NCBI RefSeq assembly: GCF_947568905.1
Contig: NC_079165.1
Coordinates: 7,502,001 to 7,566,000, forward strand
Length of the DNA stretch: 64,000 nucleotides
DNA from: Ostrea edulis
Lineage: Eukaryota
Direction: 5' to 3'
This document shows positions 1-11,600 of the stretch, one piece after another. The translations under genes were made by a program, and so were the position numbers. The stretch's first letter is position 1, and every line of letters starts with the position of its first letter. Below the pieces are notes generated by a model. It worked only from the letters and a program-made list of their open reading frames with translations, ran no database searches and was not told the DNA's origin.

Positions 1-2133
1 ATTTCAGTTTCTTGAAAAGGATATGAAAAAAAGAAGTCTTTTAAAAGATTTCATGGTATTGCTGTCCATACAATAGCTGAAGATATTCAAGATTTTGTGG
101 CCGGCCTAACTGTTGCTATCTTGAACACAGTCTGGGTATGTGTATATCAAATTACAACAAAACTCATATCATCACATACTGCATTTAAATTGCAATACAA
201 GAACAGCATTTATAAATTGAACAAAACTTCCTACATGTATCTGAATCATAAAACCACAACGTTCAATATATTTAAAAAAAAAATGTCAATAACAAAAACT
301 AATGCTTGTAAAAGTATGTACAATGTATTTCAAATAAATTAATAAAGAAAATATCTCTGTATATAATACATGTACCTGAGCTAGGAAATAAATGCTTTTA
401 CTGATTTTAAAATAATGCAATGATTCAGAGATTCTTGTATATCAAACAAAACATCATGTAAATGCCCAGCATATTTTGGCAGTATCTCTCCCATGGAGTC
501 AGTGCAATGATTTGATCAATTTGAAACTATTCAAAATGCCCTGTGACTAAAATCAACATCATAAAGCAAGAACCAGTGGAAGCTCATTCCTGCCAAATTT
601 TGAGTGATACAAAACACATTATGAATAATCACAAATCAAAGTTTGCAATTCATCAATGCAATACAATTTGATTATATACAATGCACTATATATTTATTAC
701 ATAATCCAATCCAGATGGGAAAAAAATTAAAAGTCAAATTAAATTTAGGAAAAAAGTTAAGAACTACATTTTGTGGTGGAAGGGTAAGTTCAATATCAGT
801 CTGCACGATCTGACTGTTTCTGTTTCAACTAATGAACTGTCAGTATACCTCTAGACGTGTGTTTCAATGATTACACTTGGAACAAATTCAAATGTTGTCC
901 ATTCATTCATTTGGCTGATATATTTTTCAAACAGAACAGTGATTCTTTAGACCACCTACATCAATATCAACAATTTTTAGCTGATGTTTTGAAAATTTTA
1001 TCTGTAACTCTAATTTTTCAAGTTCTATCTTACACTCTGAGGTATAAAGACATGGTTGCTCTGTGCAATACCAAAAACTGACAATACTCCTAGTATGCAT
1101 GTTGTTTTAAACTTTCAATTTCTATATAATGCAAATTTTAAGTGCAAAAAAGTCATATTTCCTATTTACCTGCAAGACATTTTTTCATATCTTTACTGCT
1201 CTCATATGTATTCTGCTAGAAGACAGGAAATTTATGAACTTTAAAATGTAATGATTGATTTGTGTTGACACCCACAAAATTAGTTTACCTGAATAAATCA
1301 AAGGTAGATTTTAGTGCAGAAAGATCAAGTAAAAATTTGGATTAATGAATATTTTAGTAGCAAGCATATCATCTCTAATAATGACAATACCAATGTCTTT
1401 ATGAGTTTGACAATTTCCATAGATAAGAGGCAAGACACATGACAGAGGGTTATATATGTTGTTTAGTCTTGCCAAATGTGGCAGTATGTATTAATTATGA
1501 TGAGTGGTGGCTTGTGGTCCTTGCTGTTGATGTCATTTATAAATCATTCTTGATCATATATTGATCATCAGTGAAGTTTTGCCTTTTCTATTAATTAAGA
1601 GCAATTTCTTCTGTATAAATGAATGAATTATGGGCCGAACATGAGAATATCCCTAGGTTTGCATTAAGTGATGATTCATGGGGTCTAAATCATAATATCC
1701 TCATAATGACATCAAGTTTGCATGTGACCCCAAAAGATGGACAATCCTCAGTCTCGCACTAAATATGCCTCTTAAATGGGTGGATGAATGTATGAAAGCA
1801 ATCCTGTCTGTCAGCTCAGCTTCAGATCTATACAATGCACCAAGATCACTAAAAGATTGACCCAATACTACTCATTTGTCTGCTGTGTCCACTGTCATGC
1901 AAAAGGTTGTAGATACTCTCAGATATACATGTAAATTAAACACCCTGAGGTTTTTGAAATTGTGTCATATCCACACAACTACAGCTCTGTATTTTAGGAT
2001 CTCAGTATTGACTTGTCACTAGAAGACCCCCTTCTGTGGATTCTCAACACAGCCTCTGCTGCACATTCTCACCATTACAAAAGTTGACATTCTTACTAAC
2101 TGTGTGGTGTCACTTTGAGCTGTGTGGTGTCAC

Positions 2134-2634
2134 TTAAAAAGAGATGAGTGGGTGATGTGATGAGTGACTTCCTATATTCTGGGTTTGTGTGTTAACCTCC
2201 CCACCACCCGACACGAGGTAGCTGTTGTGTTGTGAATTCTTACATAAATACCTCATTACCAAGTCAGAGAACAAGGACACCATTACTATTGTCACCAGTG
2301 AAATGATCATTGCAAATGTCCTAAATGGAAACTGTTGCCCCGCGTCCACGCTGTAGAATGGATACTTTATAAATGGCTGCCAGTCTAACAGGGACTCCCC
2401 GGCCCCCATTCGTAGGACAGTTCCTACGAGGAACCCCGTGATGGCTCCGTATACATTGGACCTTGTAATGAAAACCGCACAGAACAGCTGAGGTAGGACA
2501 ATCACAAACACAACATCCGCTGCCAGGATAAATAGTCCGTACACGATCGGAACAAAGAGGGAGACGAGAGTGGCCATCACTCCAACACAAAGTATGGAGA
2601 TCGTCTGTATCCAGAGTGCCTCTGTGTCACTGGC
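2134..2634 (-). CDS. SLC5A7: SLC5A7-like exon 9, terminal (ASDTEALW...HPLISF*)
   Basis: Acceptor ttacag; extends ORF 2134-2580; 501 nt including TAA. Confidence 0.9.
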   Translation of the reverse strand, partial: ASDTEALWIQTISILCVGVMATLVSLFVPIVYGLFILAADVVFVIVLPQLFCAVFITRSNVYGAITGFLVGTVLRMGAGESLLDWQPFIKYPFYSVDAGQQFPFRTFAMIISLVTIVMVSLFSDLVMRYLCKNSQHNSYLVSGGGEVNTQTQNIGSHSSHHPLISF

Positions 2635-5600
2635 CTGTAAATAAAATTCAACAACAGGGCTGCAATATATCGTCTTAAAACATCAAAGTTCAAAGGTTAT
2701 AAAGGAAACCACAAGCATAACACGTTACCAGCAAAGGGATGCAACTCCATATAAATGTCACATACTAAAGATGGTAAGAGTTATTCAGAGTTGCAGTCAC
2801 AGGATTTGTACAAATTCAGAACTATATCACAAATACTTAAAACACACACAAAAACATATGTAATCTGATCAATTTTCAATAGCTTTATTCTTTTTACATA
2901 ATTTACCTTTTTCCTGATGATTTTTTTGTAGATGTTATTGGTAAACATGGAGCTGGAGCCCAGAATAGAGCTATCCATGGAGGACATCACAGCTGCTGAG
3001 ATGGCCCCCAGACCTGGACGTAGCAAAAACCGCCATTGTCAGATTGTCAAAACACCAATATAAACTTGTGCATATGTTGTACATCAACAATATTTTCTCT
3101 TTTAAAAACACACCATACCTATAATGGCTACCCAGCTAGGCGTGAACTCGTGTAGAACATAGGGCAGTGTCATGCTGGACTGGTTTAGTGCCATGGGGGA
3201 GGATCCTAGTGTGGTGTTAGTCCAGTCTAAAAGGAAAAAAAATGAAATATCAGTCCCAAAGTGTTACAGTGGCCTCACAGTATAAGAATGCACAGGACAA
3301 TACTCTATATAACTGACACCAAGCTTATGGTTGGTTGGTATTTTGATATAGGCCTATACATAACCATGTGCTCATCTGAAATACAGCTCCTATAATCATT
3401 AAATTAATCTGACAGTGTCTCTATTTTCAGCTTCATGCACTGCCTGAACTAAGTTCTCTAATTTTGCCAAGATAAGATCATTGTACTGTCAAAAAGCTAA
3501 AACTGGACTGTAGGAAATTTTCACTTATTGTCTTCACAAGCCATATATATACACAAGACATTTTCTATACCAGTGAAATTACCAAATTGAAATCTCTTTC
3601 TATTCTGTCCAAAAATTGTATCTTTCAAAAATCACATCATTGTTCTTAGAAACTGTGCTAAATGTATGACTCTAATTCATAATCCTTTGCAATTTTATTC
3701 TTTGTATTGGTTCCTTTATAACTTCCTCATCATTTCTACTTTTAGTTTTGAAAAATGGCCTTCCTCTGGCACATACCGGAATTTAACAAATTGTAGTTAT
3801 ATCTCAATACAATATACATGTATATTCCCCATCATCTCTAAACTCGTAAGATTTGTAGGTGTCCCTGTGACATTAGTCCCACCACATCCTTAGGGATATT
3901 TGCATCTACGCAATCAACTTTCTGCAGAAACTGTGCATGGACTAATTTCTGAACAGTAACTGTTGAACAGTTGAATTTGCAAATAATATGATGAAAAATG
4001 ATATCCTTTAGCTTCAGTAACAGGGGTTGCTCTGGCTTTAAAAATTCTGTCGCCAGAAAAATCGCCAGCTGCAATTTTTTGTCGCCAATTTGTAGAAAGT
4101 GGAGCCAGCTAAAGTGCCAGAAAAAACACCATAATTTATGACCATTTTTGATGTGTCAATGTATTGACTTGCGAGTTGTTTTATATCTCTACTGATATGT
4201 GTGTATTTGCTTCTCTTATCTATGTTTTACTGTATTTATTCCCATTATAGTAAGACAGTGAACAATTTTCATAATCTATTATAATAAATATCATAAACGT
4301 TTATAATATCAAGCACTAGAATATCATCACGCACTGTTTGTATTAACTAAGGCAGAGTCTATCACTGAGTGTTACATCAAGATCCTCCGAGCCTTGGTAG
4401 ATGCCCACTTGTCAAATGCAGTTCCATAGTCCAAAGGCTCAGTAAAGAGGCTCAAACGCATAAGGTTTTCCAGTGTTTCAATGCACAGCTTGTTTCTCAG
4501 GTCGGTTTTTATAATGTTCATTTTTGAGAAACCTCTTTCGCAATCAACGGTGCTGACAGGTGCAACAAGAAGTCTCTCAGCAGCTACAGCAAGGGCAGGG
4601 TAGGTAGACTTGGACCTTATGCTAAGCTGAAGCAAGTCCCTAACACCTAAGTAAACATGGGGGTTCTTGGCAACTTGGATCTTAGCATAACCCTGAAAAT
4701 TAACTAGTTCAGCTTCCACGTCAGACTTTGAACCTACACCACAAGAAGATAGATAGTCGGACACTACAGAAGAAGCCTCAGAAAGAACAGAACTATCAGA
4801 CTGTGAGTAAAACGATGGGTCAAACAACTGAGTTAGAGCCCTTAACACTGTAGCATCTCCCTCCTCTGTAAACCTAGACCTAAGGTTGTCAATCACTAAA
4901 CCTACAAACTGGGAACAGGCTGAAGAAGCCTCTGACCTCTGCTGGGCACTGTCCCTGATATTGTGACCCTTAAACTCAAAAGTGCACAAACCAACTGAAT
5001 CAACTTCTGGGGTTTCAGGGACTTGGTTAAGAAACTGAGAAAGATTGCCACCTGATCCAGATCTGAGACCTTCCAAAACCTCAACAGTAGACAGAAGGAG
5101 GGGGTTCACCTCTGTGAAGTCAATATCAGACCTCTGATAGGACTTGCACAGAATCGCCAAATGCCTAAGAACATCAGCCAGGTAGTGTGCCGTGTACAAG
5201 AACTTATAAGTGGTGATAGGTTTATGCATAGCAAGAGCCTTAGCAGAGTTGTCCTCAAGAAATACATTGACTAGGGAAGAGTAATTGTCAACAACTGCCT
5301 GCACACTACCTTCAAAAGTTAGCCATCTAGTATGAAAGACCTGCTGCAGACGGGTTTTAGAATCCTTAAGGACTGCTTGGATACCCTCAAGCCTGGACAT
5401 GTTCTTGGGAGAATAGGCAAAGTACTTATACATACTGTTAATGACATCCTGAAATTTTACCAAATACCTCACCTTGTCTGCAGCATTTCCTGTACAAAGA
5501 GCTAACCTGTGGGCAATACAGTGAGTAGCCAACAAACCACTAGTCACCTCCCTAAGCCTAGTCACAACACCACTCTTACAACCTACCATAACTGAAGCAC

Positions 5601-8600
5601 CATCTGTTGAAACACCAACCAACTTGTCAAGAGGCAAACCATAAGACTCGAGCATACAAGTACAGTGAAAATGGATTCTGCATTTGCAGTTGACAACTGT
5701 CTAATACCAAGAAACCGAGTAATAGGCTGAACCCTACCACCTACACTAGCCAAGTACCTAATATAAACCATTAGATTCTGATGAACAGAGACATCTGTAC
5801 TCTCATCTAGCATAATGCTGAACACTCCAGAGTTCTGAACCTGACCTAACAACTGATCTACCACTACCTCTGCCATAGACTGCTGAAATTCCTTAGTGCT
5901 GCTGTGGTGCGAGTATGATGTGTGGTTGTCCACTTTGAGGTCTTTCAGTTGAGTTGCACCCTGAAATAGAGGAATGTTCCAAAAGTCTGTTGCAAGGATA
6001 AATAAAGAGCAATATTATACTGTCCATGTATTCATATTGACATTATTATTAACAAAACACAAGTAATGCCACAATAAAGGCAAGTCAATTATGGACATCC
6101 CATTGAAGTCTAATTACCGGGTAATTTGCTATGGCATAGTGAAAATGTCACAATTCAAAATTGTATTATTGTACTCTAATATAAATACCTGTGTGATACA
6201 AAGTTGGTGGAGTTCAGGCACAATAGTGTTAGCAATGTCATGTTGTGCTGCAAACATTACATTGGTCATGGCAGATACGATGGCATTCTTGCTCTTGGAC
6301 AATGCTGCAACCTTTGCCTTGTCCATATCCCTTGTCTGTTTGCTTACTGTCGCTGCAAAGGTGTGGCTGTTATCACCTGAAAAATCAAAACATTGAAATA
6401 AAGACAATACAGTGGCGGATCCAGAGAAGGTATTTCCTGGGGATCGGACACACACCCCCCCCTTGTCAGAAAACTTAGTTAAAATAAGGTTAAAGTGGCA
6501 TTTAAAGGTGGAACACCCCCCTTTCAAAACCAAAATTAGTAGTGGACCCCCCTTTAAAAAATCCCTGGGTCCGTCCCTGAGTTGTATATTTTTATACCAA
6601 TTACATGTATATACATTTCGCCACCCCCCCCCCCCTCCCGATTCACTAGTAATTTTCCAAATCATAATATTGTCACCATGTATATATACACAACGTAATT
6701 CTCTAAAATTACATGTTGAACAATAGTAACCTAACAAAAATATTATATACATGGCCAAATATTGAATAAAAGAAACATTTTCTTATTAACTCTATGATAA
6801 ATGTCGTACAAATTTCCGAAGTTGTATGGTCCGAGTTTCGGCAATTTTTTTCCACATCGTAAATAACAGTGTTAAATCATAGCAAGTACGTATTCATGAG
6901 GCTGTGCAACATATTTCATTTGTCTTTTTTAATCGATGTTGTTCACTGCACGAATTCAAATGATAGTTGTTCACGTGTCCCGATCAGACTTTCAGAATTA
7001 AGATCATCGGTGATCTTCTGTAAATTTCTGCATTTTATTATCACATTCCCTTGCTAGAAGTTTAAAAGAAATACGAGACTATCAAATTCCTCTGAGTATT
7101 TCGTTGTTTTACGCTCTTTAAAACGTGACTTTAAAATATATATATATATATTGGCTATATATATACATTACGTCAGTTTTGAAATTCCCCTCGCGCGCAG
7201 GAGTATTTGTAGAGGCCTACAGCAGATTTCCTATTTATATATACTAATAATCTTATCGCTGTTTTTTTTTTTTGGGGGGGGGGGGGTGCATGCAAATCTT
7301 TTCAAGCTTGTAATTATAGGAGGTTAGATACTTTAAAGCAAATTTGTACGACCAGTTTAGAAAAAATATATTATAAAAATATACAATCTATACATATAGA
7401 TATTTATATAAAAAGAAGTTTCCTACCTTTTCTCGATTCGTGCTTAGTGACACTTTCTTTCTTCATAATATCGCATCCAGTTGTGAAAACGTTCACTACT
7501 TGGGCACTAATGCACAAGTCACAAAACATTAGTTTAAGCTTCACGTCATAACGTAACCACGGACGGCCAAATTTCCAAGCGTCCATGAATTTCCGAGAAC
7601 TTGGTGTCTTAGGTGTTGCACATTCACTGATTTTTGAATGAACGGGTGTCTTAGAAGGTGTTGCACATTCTCTGATTTTTGAATGCACTGGTGTAGTTGG
7701 TTCCGGATCACTGGAATTTGATCGAAAGCCGAATGCCGTTAACTTCTGCACTTTTGATTTTGTCGGAGTTGAAAATTCTAACTTGCGCTTACCCATGTTT
7801 AGCAAAATGTATGTGACCGTTACGATGTATGTACATGGTATCAAGTGATCTTTTTATTTTGTTTGGGATAAGTATCGGAATATCAAATACATATTCTGTC
7901 TCTTTCAACTTTCTCAAACTCAGTTGCGCTTGGCTATCGGCTTCAAATGACGAACAAAAAGACCTTTATTTTCATTCGCTTTATTAAAATCCTTCACAGA
8001 TCTGAGCAAGTAAATTACTTAATCGCCAACGACTGTGTTATCACAACTATTAAATTGATAATTACGAGTCACCATCTCGTGGTCTTTAATCCAATTATCG
8101 ATTGTTTGTAACTTACCTGATCTGTCAATCAGCACCTGTTAGCAGACTGCGCTAGTTTACAGATACTTTACCTGCGTTTAAATCTAGCAGCACGTGCTTC
8201 CGATATGCGGTCAATTTTGATATATGCCAATTTCAATATACAAAACCTTGTCGCCAAAAATATCGCCAGCGGCCGATTTTTGTCGCCAGATCAAATAAAA
8301 AATCGCAATTGGCGACATTGGCGAAGCCCAGCGCGATCCCTGAGTAAAAAAATCACACTGGTATCAAATCTATCTCGTTTGTTCAGGCCAGTTTTTTTAT
8401 TTCATTGGTTTACAAATCTAGATCCATCAACCCAATTTTCCTTCCAATTTTTCAAAAAAATTAGATGTCAAAAAATCAAGGTTTTTTACTCCCTAACTAA
8501 AAATAATGGAACATTCTTATGAGAAAAGTTGGACTCAATATCTACCAGAGGGCATGTTATATATGATTGATATTACAAAGCATAATAGATAAATATACAG

Positions 8601-11600
8601 TAATGTTTAATTTTTTAAATGTTTTTTGGGCATTAGTTTAACACTGGTTTTTATTTTTAATTTTATTTCAACCGATCTATAAACAGCAATTTTTTTTTAA
8701 AAAAATCCATAAATCAACAAAATAAAAACTATATCCTTATGGTAAAAATAAATGCATTGACAAGGATTGCCATAATAGGATCTACAAGAGCCTCCTTTGA
8801 GTGATAGCTGTGCACAAATTCCTAGGTAATTACAGTGGCCACGCCCGACTGCACAATTCAGGACACAGCAGGATCTGTTGAGTCTGGTCTATAGCAGACA
8901 CAAAGATGGAGAAAACACAAAGAAGACTTTCTATGGAGTTGGGCTTTGTCTGGTTGGAGCTGTCGCTATCAGAATATTTCCATCCCTTTGTGTTCACATA
9001 ATAATATATACAAATTGATTCTAGTGAAATACAGTCATGTATGTTACCTGCAGTGGTAGCCACAGCCCCTATGAGAATAGACGGGATAGTATGTTACCTG
9101 CAGTGGTGGCCACAGCCCCTATGAGAATAGACGGGATGGCTAGGATGACAGCGCTGAAGGCCCCCGCTACAGAGAGCATCTGGGCGTGTCTAGCACTTCT
9201 GACAGACAACACTCTCTGGAAGTAAGCCTGCCAAGGAATGGTTCCAAAAATCTACAAAACAAGGGGAACCATCAAATCAGAAAAGTCTGAAGAGGAAAAT
9301 AATTCGTATCATGATTTCCTGCAGAAACTTGCAGGGCTTCTTTCATACGGAAAAGCTGCAGGGAGTACAAGCACATGTAATATATAATTTCTGGAAAATA
9401 CTGTCCTGTTTAATTATTATCTGAACAATGTAAAATTGAATGATCATTTTAGAAAATCAATATTGGTTTTTTGATACCTGAGCGAGGTATAGTATTACTA
9501 AGGGGAAGTATTCCAAACAACATAACTAAAGATAACATGACAATCTCCCCTATAACAAATTCCTAATATGAAATTAAAAGAGCATCTAGTGGGTTGGACA
9601 CCTAAATAAGATAATCATTGCAGCTGTTATCTGCCACAGCTTCCAATGACACCTCCATATTGTTTTATCAACCAAATCATTTGAAAACTTTATGCTTGAA
9701 ATGTGTTACCATGGCAATGAATAGGTCAATCCAAGGACTGGTCATGTTGACATCAAACTGTCCAATCCACACCTCTGCAGTATCAGAAATACTTCCAACA
9801 TTTTCATTGGTTAGAACAAAAGGTAAACTCAGCCCCTGCAAATCACATCATTTTACTGAAAAGTATGATGATATGAACCAAGCATACATAATACTCTAGA
9901 AAATTCTCCCCTGCAAACAAACGAAGCACAAAATCTGGCAATGTCTATGATAAATGCAGTTAAAGCAGTTCACATGAAAATTCATCTCATGCAAAACAGC
10001 TGTAGAACTGTAGCTCTGGGGGCTGGGGGAACAGGATGGAGCAAGTGAGCTACAGAACACTCTCCGTCCTTCAGAAAGACACTTTGATTCATGGTGCAAC
10101 TTTTTTCTCCAAATGTTTGGAGTGTCATCTCCCCATATTTTTACGAGTTTGATTAGCAAACTAGAATGGCTACATAACCATGTGACCACTATTGAAGATG
10201 TTTTTGAAGGGAGGTTTAAAAAATGTCTTTATACAAATGTAGTGGTACAATATGCTAGGAATTCTTTGATATTAAAATCTTAAGGCAGCTACTTAAAATT
10301 ATGGAGATAAAACACCTGAACCATGTAAATAAAAAGTTGTGCCATGTCTAAAGTTTTTATACTGGATAGATCAGTAGCTCTCTGGTCTGTTCTGATTTTA
10401 CCCGAATGGATCAGTAGCTGTTTCTCCTGAGTTTACCTGGATGGATCAGTAGCTCTCTGGTCTGAGTTTACCCAGACGGATCAGTAGCTCTCTGGTCTGA
10501 GTTTACCCCTACAGAACAGTAGTTACATTAGAGACTGCCAAAATTCTGTATGCATACCAAACCAATGATGATGAAGATGAGTTGGACAATGTCCGTGTAA
10601 GCTACAGAGATCATCTGACCAAACATTGTGTAGAAGACTGTAGCTAGAGAGGAGCTGACGATGGCTATGCTGAGGGGAATGTTCACGATCACACTGAGGC
10701 TCGTACCTGTCAATATATAAGACACATGTAACATATACATTTGCAAAACCCCCTCTCTTTCTCTTATTACCCTTTCTTAACATAAAATATATAGGTCATC
10801 GCGCTTTTTAAAATGCTAGGCATACATAGCCAAAATTATATATCAACGTCAGAAAATTGCACTTAAATAATTTCCTTAAACAGCATTATCAAAATTTCAC
10901 AAAAACTGGTTAAATAATGATATAATAGTATTCATAACAATTTCATGAAACTGTTTCTTTACAAAAATATACAAAATGTTTGTGAAAAATAAAGGAAATC
11001 TATTGCATAATGGACTTCATAAAGAAATCAGTGAAAACAGAGTTATTGCCCTTAGATTCAATATTTTGAAACATATCATTGAATATTCATATAACTAAAA
11101 CTTTTGAAATATTTCATGTTTAACAATATTTTTTTTTTTACAACTAGGCCTATCTGATAAAGACTCCAACAAAAGTTATGCTTCTATCATGCATAAATCT
11201 AAATAAATCAAAGATTTTGCAAAATATTCAGAGCTCCAGATAAGGTGTGTATCAGTGTAAATACTCATTAAATTTGACCAAATATGCATTTAAGTTGAAA
11301 ATTATGTGTACAATTACACATTAGCGAATCTAAATACGCTTTACACCCCCAAAGGAATGTGTACTTGTGATACATTAACAAAATATGAAAACAAATTATC
11401 TATTCATATGAATTGAGGTTAGCCCAGGGCTTGATCATACATGAAATAGTGCTATGAAATATGTTTCGATGGCAATCACAATTTTGAAAGTTTGGAAGAG
11501 TTAACTCAAAACAACTCTATAGACCTACTTGTTATACTTTTTTCTTAAAGAGGCAGTGTGAGGGCGAAAGCACAGAAAAACAAGAGGCCCAAGGGCCTAG

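Larger units (their letters stand above)
4021..8342 (-). mobile_element. hAT-superfamily DNA transposon with 5-bp TSD (hAT5-like), in SLC5A7-like intron 6
   Basis: Ends CAGGGGTTGCTCTGG and (reverse complement) CAGGGATCGCGCTGG, 12/15 match; AGTAA directly outside both ends (4016-4020, 8343-8347); clustered TGTCGCCA subterminal motifs at both ends; encodes a hAT transposase. Confidence 0.85.

Noticed and set aside
97-2100. Short ORFs downstream of the transporter
   Set aside because: AT-rich, no motifs or consistent splice structure; probably 3' UTR or intergenic
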